Source: Elusimicrobiota bacterium
GTDB lineage: Bacteria > Elusimicrobiota > Elusimicrobia > UBA1565 > UBA9628
Length of the DNA: 33,490 nt
Direction of reading: 5' to 3'
Assembly: GCA_028869495.1 (NCBI GenBank)
Contig: JAGWRY010000432.1
Coordinates: 1-33,490 of the forward strand
Shown here: positions 24,485 to 32,189 of the stretch, piece after piece
Layout: each line of letters opens with the position of its first letter
Position numbering within the stretch: the first letter of the stretch is position 1
Made by a program: the position numbers and the translations under genes
The notes under the pieces: model-generated
What the model saw: the letters and a program-made list of their open reading frames with translations, nothing else
Told to the model about the DNA's origin: nothing
Database searches by the model: none

Positions 24485-25051
24485 TCAGTGCTTCGGGATC
24501 AGGACCATCACGAGGCGGTTGCGGTCGGGCAGGGGCTTCTGCTCGACGGCCGCCTTCGCGGCGAGCTTGTCGACGATCGACATCAGGAGCTTCATCCCGA
24601 GGTCCCGGTGCTGCATCTCGCGCCCGCGGAAGACCACGGTCACGCGCACCTTGTCGTGCGAGTCGATGAACTCCTCGATCTGCCGGACCTTGACGTCGAG
24701 ATCGTGCTGTCCGATGTTCGGCCGGAAACGCAGTTCCTTCAGCAGCCCCGCCTTCTGCTTCTTGCGCGCCTCGCGCTCCTTCTTCTCCTGCTCGTACTTG
24801 AACTTCGAGTAGGGGAGGATCTTGCAGACGGGTGGGTTCGCGTTGGCGGCGATCTCGACCAGGTCGAGACCGCGCTGCCGCGCGATTCCCAGCGCCTCGT
24901 TGATCGGACGAACCCCGATCTGCGTCCCGTCGGAGTCGATCAGGCGGACGGTCTGGGCCCGGATCGACTGGTTGATGCGCGTGTAGTCGCGCGGCTCGCG
25001 CGGCTGGAACTGGAATTTGCCTCGGGGATTGATCGGGAAAAGGCTCCTAAT
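24485..25051 (-). CDS. infC: Translation initiation factor IF-3, non-canonical start (ATT at 25051, or ATC at 25033)
   Basis: This gene is not in the ORF track. My manual minus-strand translation gives RINQSIRAQTVRLIDSDGTQIGVRPINEALGIARQRGLDLVEIAANANPPVCKILPYSKFKYEQEKKEREARKKQK...VRVTVVFRGREMQHRDLGMKLL...RLVMVLIPKH, with TGA at 24487-24485. No in-frame ATG, GTG or TTG precedes the conserved N-domain. In-frame ATT (25051) and ATC (25033, 10 nt after an AGGAG) are the candidate starts. Confidence 0.85.
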   Translation of the reverse strand: MRSLFPINPRGKFQFQPREPRDYTRINQSIRAQTVRLIDSDGTQIGVRPINEALGIARQRGLDLVEIAANANPPVCKILPYSKFKYEQEKKEREARKKQKAGLLKELRFRPNIGQHDLDVKVRQIEEFIDSHDKVRVTVVFRGREMQHRDLGMKLLMSIVDKLAAKAAVEQKPLPDRNRLVMVLIPKH

Positions 25052-25073
25052 GTCGGATGAACGTCGAGGGGCA

Positions 25074-25103
25074 ATGGTAGCAATTGCCCGTCGGCGGAGT
25101 CAA
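25074..25103 (-). promoter_or_regulatory. Sigma-70-type promoter for infC-rpmI-rplT (TTGACT, 18 nt, TGcTACCAT)
   Basis: The minus strand reads TTGACT (25103-25098), an 18-nt spacer and the extended -10 TGCTACCAT (25082-25074). The predicted TSS lies about 15 nt upstream of the ATT codon. Confidence 0.45.
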
Positions 25104-25150
25104 TCGGGAGGGCGGGAGCTTAAGGAAGGGGGTTTTCGAGCCGCGGGTCC

Positions 25151-25168
25151 GGGGCCGGGCCCGGCCCC
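25151..25168. repeat. Perfect 18-nt palindrome GGGGCCGGGCCCGGCCCC containing the 12-mer GCCGGGCCCGGC also present twice at 12904-12936
   Basis: It is self-complementary as read directly from the sequence. It lies in the divergent infC / outer-membrane-protein intergenic region, where no terminator is expected. Confidence 0.4.
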
Positions 25169-25225
25169 ATGATCCTCGGACGCCGCCTTTGCCTGTTTCC
25201 GCGGAAAAATATTACGGTTGTCGTG

Positions 25226-25990
25226 ATGCCGACTTCGCCGCCGTCCCGGGTTTGGAGGCCCCTTCTCGCGTTCGCGGCGCTGCTCCTGTCGGCCGCGCGC
25301 GGCTGGGCCGGCCCGCCGTTCCTGACGGACGATCCCGTGCCGGTGGATCATCGCCACTGGGAGTTCTACCTGTTCGGCGCGGGGGATCACGCCGATCTAC
25401 GCGACTACTCCGTCGCCGCACCGGCGGCGGAGCTGAACTACGGCGCCTTCCCGGAGACCCAGCTCCACGTGGTCGCGCCGCTGACCACGGCCGGCGCCGA
25501 CGGCGCGCCGACCGAGACCGGCTACGGCGACACCGAGCTCGGCGTCAAATACCGGTTCGTCCATGAGACCGCGCGCCGGCCGCAGGCCGGAGTCTTTCCG
25601 ATGGCCGAACTGCCGACCGGGAACTCCTCCCTGGGGCTGGGCAACGGGCGGGCCTGGTTCCGCCTGCCGGTGTGGATGCAGAAGAGCCGGGGGCCGTGGA
25701 CGAGCTATTGGGGCGGCGGCGCCGTCCTGAACTCCGCGCCCGGCCGGCGCGACTATCCGTTCGGCGGCTGGCTCCTCCAGCGCGACCTGAGCGGGAAGCT
25801 GACCCTCGGCGGAGAGGTCTTCGCCCAGGGCGCGGACGCGGCCGACGACCGCGGCTACGCCGTCCTCAACTTCGGCGGCTACTACAACTTCACCCCGGAC
25901 GTCAGCCTTCTTTTCAGCGCGGGACACAGCGTCGCGGGCGACAACCACGCGATCTGGTACCTCGCGTTCTACTCGACCTGGGGGCCGTAG
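25226..25990 (+). CDS. Outer-membrane beta-barrel protein (MetA-pathway / 'transporter' Phenol_MetA_deg-like family)
   Basis: The track ORF was trimmed to the ATG at 25226, giving the signal peptide MPTSPPSRVWRPLLAFAALLLSAARGWA/GPPFLTDDP. The PFxTDDP start, alternating beta-strand pattern and C-terminal aromatic residues (YLAFYSTWGP) fit this OMP family. Confidence 0.65.
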   Translation: MPTSPPSRVWRPLLAFAALLLSAARGWAGPPFLTDDPVPVDHRHWEFYLFGAGDHADLRDYSVAAPAAELNYGAFPETQLHVVAPLTTAGADGAPTETGYGDTELGVKYRFVHETARRPQAGVFPMAELPTGNSSLGLGNGRAWFRLPVWMQKSRGPWTSYWGGGAVLNSAPGRRDYPFGGWLLQRDLSGKLTLGGEVFAQGADAADDRGYAVLNFGGYYNFTPDVSLLFSAGHSVAGDNHAIWYLAFYSTWGP

Positions 25991-25998
25991 CGGCGGCG

Positions 25999-27126
25999 TC
26001 AGCCTTCGGGGAAGGCGCGGGCGATCGCGTCGCGGAAGGCTCGGGCGCCGGCTTCGGGGCCGCCGGGGCTCATCAAGAGGCGGCCGCCGACCAGCCAGAG
26101 CGCGTCGGGCCCGAAGTCCCGGGCCAGTTCGGGAGCGCGGTCGAGGCTCATGCCGCCGCCGGGGGACGGCCACGCCGGAGCGAGGCGCCCCAGCGGCTCG
26201 GCGCAGCGCGCGGCGATCGCGCGGCACTCGTCCGGGGTCAGCGCGAAGCGGCCGCCGGCGTTGGGAAAGACCGTGACGTCGGCGCCGAGCAGGCGCGTCA
26301 TCGTTCCCAGATAAAGCGAGGGCTCGATCCCGTGGCTCCGGTCGGCGTAGAAGGCGCCGGAGAAGGACGGGTGGGCCATGATCACCGCGGAGCGGCTCTC
26401 GGCCAGGCGCCGGGTCTGGTCCAGGCCGACGATCGCGGGGCAGATCAGCACGCCGCGCAGGCCTTCCTTCAAAACGAAGTCGAGGCGGGCCTCCAGCTCC
26501 TCCTGCGGGCCGGAGAGATGCGGCAGGTACAGGCATGGCCTGCCCAGACGGGCGCTTTCGCGCGCGGTCGCCTCGGCGATGCGGGAAACGCGCGTTCGAA
26601 AATGAACGAACGATCCGTCGACGATGTTCTGGTCGTCTTTGGCGATGTCGCCGCCGCCGCGGAAGAAGGCCGCCGCCGTCGCGGCGAGGTCGGCGTCCGA
26701 GGTGCCCATCGGCTTGAGCGCGGTCGCGAGGAGCGGACGCCCCTTCGCGCCGAGCATCCGGCGCAGTCCGTCCACGCCGTGATTCGGGCCCTTGAAGCGG
26801 GACAGCAGGTCCTCGGTCAGGCGCAGGTCGACCAGGCGCACGCCCGGCCAGATCGAGGCGTTGCCGAAGACGAGGTTGAGCAGCGTGCCCAGGCCGCCTT
26901 CGGCCAGCGCCGCGGGGAAGTCGATCGCGACGCGGAAGCGCCCGTCCCGGGCGGCGACGGCGGGACCGGGTTTGCCGACGATCCCGTCGCGGATCGCGTT
27001 CGGGAGCGGGAAGTCGAGCGGGACCTCGACCGTCTCCTCGAAGCTGATGAGGCGCGCGAGGCGCTCGGCCTCCTCGGGCGGGCCCGGAAGCTCGTAGACG
27101 GCGGTCAGGCGCTCGGAGGCGGGCAT
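25999..27126 (-). CDS. RuBisCO large-subunit-like protein (form IV RLP), short
   Basis: 375-aa ORF with RuBisCO large-chain blocks: LNLVFGNAS, FKGPNHGVDGLRRMLGAKGRPLLATALKPMG, FRGGGDIAKDDQN, MAHPSFSGA, SPGGGMS and WLVGGRLL. Several catalytic positions are substituted (see findings). Confidence 0.8.
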   Translation of the reverse strand: MPASERLTAVYELPGPPEEAERLARLISFEETVEVPLDFPLPNAIRDGIVGKPGPAVAARDGRFRVAIDFPAALAEGGLGTLLNLVFGNASIWPGVRLVDLRLTEDLLSRFKGPNHGVDGLRRMLGAKGRPLLATALKPMGTSDADLAATAAAFFRGGGDIAKDDQNIVDGSFVHFRTRVSRIAEATARESARLGRPCLYLPHLSGPQEELEARLDFVLKEGLRGVLICPAIVGLDQTRRLAESRSAVIMAHPSFSGAFYADRSHGIEPSLYLGTMTRLLGADVTVFPNAGGRFALTPDECRAIAARCAEPLGRLAPAWPSPGGGMSLDRAPELARDFGPDALWLVGGRLLMSPGGPEAGARAFRDAIARAFPEG

Positions 27127-27144
27127 GGGGGAAGAGCGGGGCGC

Positions 27145-30021
27145 CTATTTTCGGCGCGGAGCCGGCGGCGGGGCCGCCTCGAGCGCGGCCTGCATCGCGT
27201 CGAGCTCGCGGCCGGCCTGCTCCAGCTCGCCGGCGGCGGTGTAGCGGCGGTAGGCCGCGAAGTGCGCGCGCAGGGCGCGCAGGACCGCGGTCTCGCCCTT
27301 CGGCGCGGGCGGCAGGGGCGCCGTCGCGGACTCGGCCGGGAGCGGCGCCGCCGCGAGCGTCTCGGACGGCGACGCGGGCGGCCGGGCCAGCTCGCGGATC
27401 GCGGTGGGCAGGTCGTCGGCGTAGACGATGTGGTTGCCGACGACGAGGATCACCTTCTTGAGCTCCGGCATGCGCGCCTGCGTGGACTGGATGTAGATCG
27501 GCTCGACGTACAGGAACGTCCCGTCGACCGGCAGGACCAGGATGTGGCCGCGCAGGACGCGGCTGCCCTGCTGGTTCCACAGGCTGAGGTCCTGGCTGAT
27601 CTGAGGGACCTGGTCGATGCGGCTCTGCACCTGCAGGGGCCCGTAGATCAGCTCCTCCTTGGGCAGCCGGTAGAAGACGATCTCGCCGTAGTGCGGCGGG
27701 TCGCAGCGCGCCGCGATCCAGGCGATCATGTTGTCGCGGTTGTGGCTGGTGAAGGGCAGCATCAGCGCGAACTCCGCCTTCTGATCGCCGGGCAGGGGGA
27801 GCATCGCGTAGTACGGCCGCATGAACTGCGTGCTCTCCTGCGTGACGATCTGCTTGGCGATGTCCCACTGGTCCTCCTTGTTGTAGAAGACCTGCGGGTC
27901 GCGCATGTGGTAGGTGCGGTAGATCTCGGCCTGCGCGTCGAAGATCCCCTCGGGGTAGCGGATGTGGCGCTCGAGGTCCGGCGGCATCGCCGAGCGGGGC
28001 TCGAAGAGGTCCGGGAAGAGCCGCCGGTAGGCCGCCAGCAGGGGGTCCTTCTCGTCGAAGACGTAGAAGCGGACCGTCCCGTTGTAGGCGTCGACGGTCA
28101 CCTTCACCGAGTTGCGGATGTAGTTGACCGACTGGTCGCCGACCTGCAGGGGCTGGGAGTACGGGTGCAGGTCCGTCGACGTGTAGGCGTCGAGCATCCA
28201 GAACATCCGCCCCGAGTCGTCGATGACCAGGTACGGGTCGGAGTCGAGCGTCAAAAACGGCGCCAGGCGCTGGACGCGCTCCTGGATCTGCCGGTGCAGG
28301 AGCAGCTTCGAGTCCTTGGTCAGGTAGCTCGTCAGCAGGATGTTCCAGTCTCCGCGCGCGATCGCCGCCGCGAAGCGCATCCAGGGCCGGCCGATCGGGA
28401 TGCCGGCCGTCCCGTCGTAGGTCGTGTACGCGTTGTCGTCGCCCTTCGGGTAGTCGAACTCCTTCTGGTCGCCGTCGACGAAGACCGGCGCGTCGGTCTC
28501 CGCGCCGAAATAGATCTCCGGGCGCTTGATCTGGAAGGCGGGGACGTCGCTCTGCGGCGGAGCGTCCTTGAGCAGCATCTCGGGCGCGCCCTCGGCCGTC
28601 GCCGAGTTGACCAGCGCGGCGACCGCGCCGTAGCCGTGAGTGTACTGCAGGTTCAGGTTCACCCAGGTCTGCGCGTTCTGCGGCAGGAGCCCGGTCTCGA
28701 GGCCGCGCCCCGAGATCAGCACCTGGCGCATGCGCCCGTCGACCAGGTAGCGGTCCGTGTCCACGTTCGGGAACGCGTAGTACTGGCGCAGGGTCTGGCG
28801 CTGGGTGATGTTGTCGCTGAACGGCGACCAGTCCCACAGGCGCAGGTTCTCGGCGACGCCGGGGTCCTTCGACAGGTCGAGCGTCTCCGCGTCGCGCGGC
28901 ACGTAGGGCTCCTCGTGCGCGTCGGCGGCGAGGTCGTAAGCCTGCAGGGTCGCGTCGATGTGGTGCTTGATGTACGGGCGCTCGAGCGTCAGCTCGTTGG
29001 GCTGGACGTAGAGCGAGCGCACCGCCGCCAGCAGGAGCGGCGGGGCGAGCAGGGCGGCCAGCGCGCCGACGCCGAGGACCAGGCTCAGCCAGCCGGGCAG
29101 GGCCCCGAGCGCCGCGTCGGCCAGCCCCAGGCCCTCGCTGACCAGGAAGCGCCGGCGCGGCGCGGCCGCGATCAAGACCGCCAGCGCGAGCGCGAGGACG
29201 GCCTGCACCCAGTCGAGCGGGATGCCCAGCCGCGCGTCGACGAAGTCGGCGCCGTACAGGAACCGGTGCGTCGAGTAGAGGAGCTCGTAGCGCGCGAGGA
29301 AGCGCCCGGCGGCGAACAGGGCCAGCAGGGCGGCTCCGCCCCAGCGCGCGGCCGACGACAGCGACGTCAGCACCCGGGCCGGCGCCTCGCGCAGGCTCAG
29401 CGGCGTCTCCGGGTCGGCCAGGAGGACGATCGTCGAGGAGCTGACGAGCAGGGTGAACGCGTAGCCGACGAAGGCGAAGATCGTCAGCGCGCCGGCCCAC
29501 CCCAGGACCATCTGGTAGAACGGCAGCTTGTAGAAGTAGAAAGCCAGCCCGCGCCCGAAGATCGGATCCGTGTAGCCGGGGACGCTGCGCGCCGTCCACC
29601 AGAGCGCCGAAGTCCACGGGTCGATCGCGGAGAAGGACAGGAGCGTCCCGACGAGCGCCGCGACCGCCGTGCCCCCGGCCGCGAACAAGAAGGACTGCGC
29701 GACCGGCGTCAGGCTGCGGCGGCGCGCCGCGTGGAAGCTCCCGGCCAGGATCAGGAACGACGCGCCCGCGGCGAGCGACGGCGCGACCCAGCGGATCTCG
29801 ATCAGGCGCCAGAAGGCGGCCTCGTGGCCGAGCTCGCGCCACCAGGCCAGCTCGATCTGGAAGGAGGCGGCCGCGCGCAGGAGCACGACCGAGGCGACGG
29901 CCAGGAACAGGTCCCGGATCACCGTCTCGGCCGGAAGGTCGCCCTTGCGGCGCGCGACGGAGAAGAGGTGGAGGACGGCCAGCAGGAGGGCGACGGCGAG
30001 GAGCAGGGTCAAGGCGTCCAT
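27145..30021 (-). CDS. UPF0182-family large membrane protein
   Basis: 958-aa ORF with about 7 N-terminal TM helices and then a ~650-aa extracytoplasmic region. Blocks I associate with UPF0182 are present: YYAFPNVDTDRY, LQYTHGYGAV, FDYPKG, MFWMLDAYTSTDLHPYS, IRYPEGIF, YYAMLPLPG and LYVEPIYIQS. The start may be the TTG at 30012 rather than the ATG at 30021. Confidence 0.8.
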   Translation of the reverse strand: MDALTLLLAVALLLAVLHLFSVARRKGDLPAETVIRDLFLAVASVVLLRAAASFQIELAWWRELGHEAAFWRLIEIRWVAPSLAAGASFLILAGSFHAARRRSLTPVAQSFLFAAGGTAVAALVGTLLSFSAIDPWTSALWWTARSVPGYTDPIFGRGLAFYFYKLPFYQMVLGWAGALTIFAFVGYAFTLLVSSSTIVLLADPETPLSLREAPARVLTSLSSAARWGGAALLALFAAGRFLARYELLYSTHRFLYGADFVDARLGIPLDWVQAVLALALAVLIAAAPRRRFLVSEGLGLADAALGALPGWLSLVLGVGALAALLAPPLLLAAVRSLYVQPNELTLERPYIKHHIDATLQAYDLAADAHEEPYVPRDAETLDLSKDPGVAENLRLWDWSPFSDNITQRQTLRQYYAFPNVDTDRYLVDGRMRQVLISGRGLETGLLPQNAQTWVNLNLQYTHGYGAVAALVNSATAEGAPEMLLKDAPPQSDVPAFQIKRPEIYFGAETDAPVFVDGDQKEFDYPKGDDNAYTTYDGTAGIPIGRPWMRFAAAIARGDWNILLTSYLTKDSKLLLHRQIQERVQRLAPFLTLDSDPYLVIDDSGRMFWMLDAYTSTDLHPYSQPLQVGDQSVNYIRNSVKVTVDAYNGTVRFYVFDEKDPLLAAYRRLFPDLFEPRSAMPPDLERHIRYPEGIFDAQAEIYRTYHMRDPQVFYNKEDQWDIAKQIVTQESTQFMRPYYAMLPLPGDQKAEFALMLPFTSHNRDNMIAWIAARCDPPHYGEIVFYRLPKEELIYGPLQVQSRIDQVPQISQDLSLWNQQGSRVLRGHILVLPVDGTFLYVEPIYIQSTQARMPELKKVILVVGNHIVYADDLPTAIRELARPPASPSETLAAAPLPAESATAPLPPAPKGETAVLRALRAHFAAYRRYTAAGELEQAGRELDAMQAALEAAPPPAPRRK

Positions 30022-30028
30022 CCTACCA
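30020..30028 (-). promoter_or_regulatory. Extended -10-like box TGGTAGGAT overlapping the annotated UPF0182 ATG
   Basis: The minus strand reads CATTGGTAGGATGGACGCCTTGACC in the 31-nt gap after the TauE stop. An in-frame TTG lies 7 nt downstream of the hexamer. Confidence 0.3.
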
Positions 30029-30052
30029 ATGTCGGGGCGCGCGGGGGAAGCC

Positions 30053-30814
30053 TCAGCGCAGGATGTCGAGCAGGAGCTTGCCGAACAGGGCCGCGCAGAC
30101 CAGCGCCGCGGCCGGGCGGATGATGCGCGCCCCGCGGCGCACCCCGAGGCGCGCGCCGGTCCAGTTGCCGGCGACGCTCAAGGCGGCCATCGGCAGGCCG
30201 ACCGCCCAGTCCACGCGGCGCGCCGCGACGAAGGCCGCCAGCGCCGCCAGGTTCGACGCGAGGTTGAGGGCCTTCGCGCGCCCGGTCGCGCCGAGCAGGT
30301 CGAGACCCGCGACGCGCGCCAGGCCCAGCGCGTAGAAGGTGCCCGCGCCCGGCCCGAAGAAGCCGTCATAGGCGCCGACCGGAGCGGCGACGAGGAGTCC
30401 CCGGCGCAGGCGGCGCGCGGAGTTCATCCGGCGGCTCTCGTCGGCGGCGCCGAAATCCCGGCGCGACCACAGAAGCCACGACACGACCGGCAGAGCGAGC
30501 AGGAGCAGCGGACGGATATAACCTGGATCGACGGCCGTCGCCAGGCGCGCGCCGAGCCAGGAGGCCGCGGCGGCCGCGCCCAGCAGAGGCAGGAAGGACT
30601 TCAGCGGGAACTTGAGGGACCGGTGATAGCGCCAGGTCGCCGCCGAGGTCCCGATCGACGAAGCGAGCTTGTTCGTGCCCAGCACCAGCGCCGGAGGCAG
30701 GCCCGCCGCCAGGTAGGCGGGCAGGGTGATCAGCCCGCCGCCGCCGGCCAGCGAATCGACGATCCCGGCCAGGAACACCCCCGAGCCGAGAGCGGCGAGG
30801 GCGGCGGGCCTCAC
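30053..30814 (-). CDS. TauE/SafE-family anion permease
   Basis: The 648-aa track ORF was trimmed to the GTG at 30814 (GTGA overlap with the SSS stop). The 253-aa product has VDSLAGGGGLITLPAYL, GTNKL and GAYDGFFGPGAGTF, which are typical of TauE/SafE. Confidence 0.8.
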   Translation of the reverse strand: MRPAALAALGSGVFLAGIVDSLAGGGGLITLPAYLAAGLPPALVLGTNKLASSIGTSAATWRYHRSLKFPLKSFLPLLGAAAAASWLGARLATAVDPGYIRPLLLLALPVVSWLLWSRRDFGAADESRRMNSARRLRRGLLVAAPVGAYDGFFGPGAGTFYALGLARVAGLDLLGATGRAKALNLASNLAALAAFVAARRVDWAVGLPMAALSVAGNWTGARLGVRRGARIIRPAAALVCAALFGKLLLDILR

Positions 30815-32181
30815 GCGGCCGCCGGCGCGCGGCGCGCGAGCAGGCCGCCGGTCCAGATCAGCGCCGAGAGGATCAGCCCCGGGAACGGCGGCTCCAGGCC
30901 CAGCGGGGCGGAGCCCGCGCGCGCGCCCGCGACGACCCAGGCGAGCGAGGCGAGGAATCCCGCCAGCGACGCCGCGACCGCCCAGCGCGCGCCGACGCGC
31001 CAGCGCGGGAGATAGGCGCCCAGCATCGGCAGGAGCAGGCCCGGGATCACCGCCGAGCCGACGTCGTACCACAGGTCCACGACCGACGGGACGAGCCAGG
31101 TCAGCGCGAAGGCGAGAGCCGCCGCCGCGATCAGCGCGGCCTGCACGCGCCGCCGCCGCGCGGCTTCGGGAACGGGCTTGAGCCGGTCGCCGAAGTCGCG
31201 GCCGAGCGTGATCGCCGCCAGCAGCGACTTGGCCTGGAGCGCCGCGAAGATCGAGGCCGAGACCCCGGCGTAGAAGAACCCGCGGGCCAGGACCGGCATC
31301 GCGGCCTCGGCGAGGCGCGGGTAGGCCATCCCGGCGTCGGCGAGGCGCGGCAGGGCCGCGCGCGCGTAGAGCCCGGCCGCCGTCGTCATCGCGTCGAAGA
31401 CGAACCAGAAGGCGATCGAGACCAGGATGCCGCGCCGCGCCGCGGCCGGCGACTCGGCGGCCGCGCAGCGCTGGTGGAAGGAGGGGTCGACGATCGTCCA
31501 GACCGCGATCATCCACCAGGCCGCGATCTTCCACGCGCTCATCCCCCCGGTCCAGGTCAGGTGCCCGGGCGGCAGGCGCGCGGCCAGCGCCGCCGGCCCG
31601 CCGACGAGCCGCCACGCGTAGGGCAGGATCAGCCCGAAGCCGGCGAACATCACGACGATCTGCAGCCTGTTGGCCGAGACGTCCGAGCGCAGGCCCCCGC
31701 GCCAGACCAGGACGACCGCGAGCAGGCCCGCGGCCGCGATCGCCGCCTCGACCCGCGCTCCGGTCAGCGCCGAGCCGAGGGTTCCCGCCATCAGCATGTC
31801 GTCGGCCGGCGCGGTCAGCAGGAAGACGAGCGCCGCGCCGACGAGCGCGGCCGCGCGCCCGTACGCGGACTCCAGGTGGTCGGCGATCGTCATCCCGGGC
31901 GTCGCGCGCACGCGGCCGGCCAGAAAGAGCGCGTAGAAGGCGGCGAACACGTAGTACGGCAGGGCCTGCGTCGTCCAGTTCGACAGCCCGTGCTTCCACG
32001 AGAACTCCCCGACGCCGAGCACGCCGCCGTAGAAGGTCGGCACCAATGTCGCCACGAACTGCGGGACCGTCAGCGCGCGCGAGGCCAGCACGTAGTCCTC
32101 GAGTTCCGCGCGGCGCCGCGCGCGCGCGCCCAGCGCGACGGCGGCCAGCAGGAAGGCGGCGACGAGGAGCGCGTCGAGCAT
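30811..32181 (-). CDS. Sodium:solute symporter (SSS) family transporter
   Basis: Trimmed to the ATG at 32181 (MLDALLVAAFLL). It has about 13 TM helices and an SSS-like N-terminus (EDYVLASRALTVPQFVATLVPTFYGGVLGVGEFSWKHGLSNW). Confidence 0.7.
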   Translation of the reverse strand: MLDALLVAAFLLAAVALGARARRRAELEDYVLASRALTVPQFVATLVPTFYGGVLGVGEFSWKHGLSNWTTQALPYYVFAAFYALFLAGRVRATPGMTIADHLESAYGRAAALVGAALVFLLTAPADDMLMAGTLGSALTGARVEAAIAAAGLLAVVLVWRGGLRSDVSANRLQIVVMFAGFGLILPYAWRLVGGPAALAARLPPGHLTWTGGMSAWKIAAWWMIAVWTIVDPSFHQRCAAAESPAAARRGILVSIAFWFVFDAMTTAAGLYARAALPRLADAGMAYPRLAEAAMPVLARGFFYAGVSASIFAALQAKSLLAAITLGRDFGDRLKPVPEAARRRRVQAALIAAAALAFALTWLVPSVVDLWYDVGSAVIPGLLLPMLGAYLPRWRVGARWAVAASLAGFLASLAWVVAGARAGSAPLGLEPPFPGLILSALIWTGGLLARRAPAAA

Positions 32182-32189
32182 GCGGGGGG

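Noticed and set aside
25188-25225. A possible promoter for the outer-membrane-protein gene (TTGCCT ... AATATT/TATTAC in GAAAAATATTAC).
   Set aside because: The hexamers and spacing are poor (13-15 nt spacer, and the conserved final T is missing in one register). I could not choose a convincing -35/-10 pair, so it is not reported as a feature.
25397-30123. Two giant ORFs (1481 aa on the minus strand at 25397-29842; 1483 aa on the plus strand at 25672-30123) that would be the longest genes in the window.
   Set aside because: Their translations are monotonous Arg/Pro/Gly/Ala/Asp strings with no motifs. They overlap the well-supported UPF0182, RLP and outer-membrane-protein frames. They are typical stop-free shadow frames of very GC-rich coding DNA.
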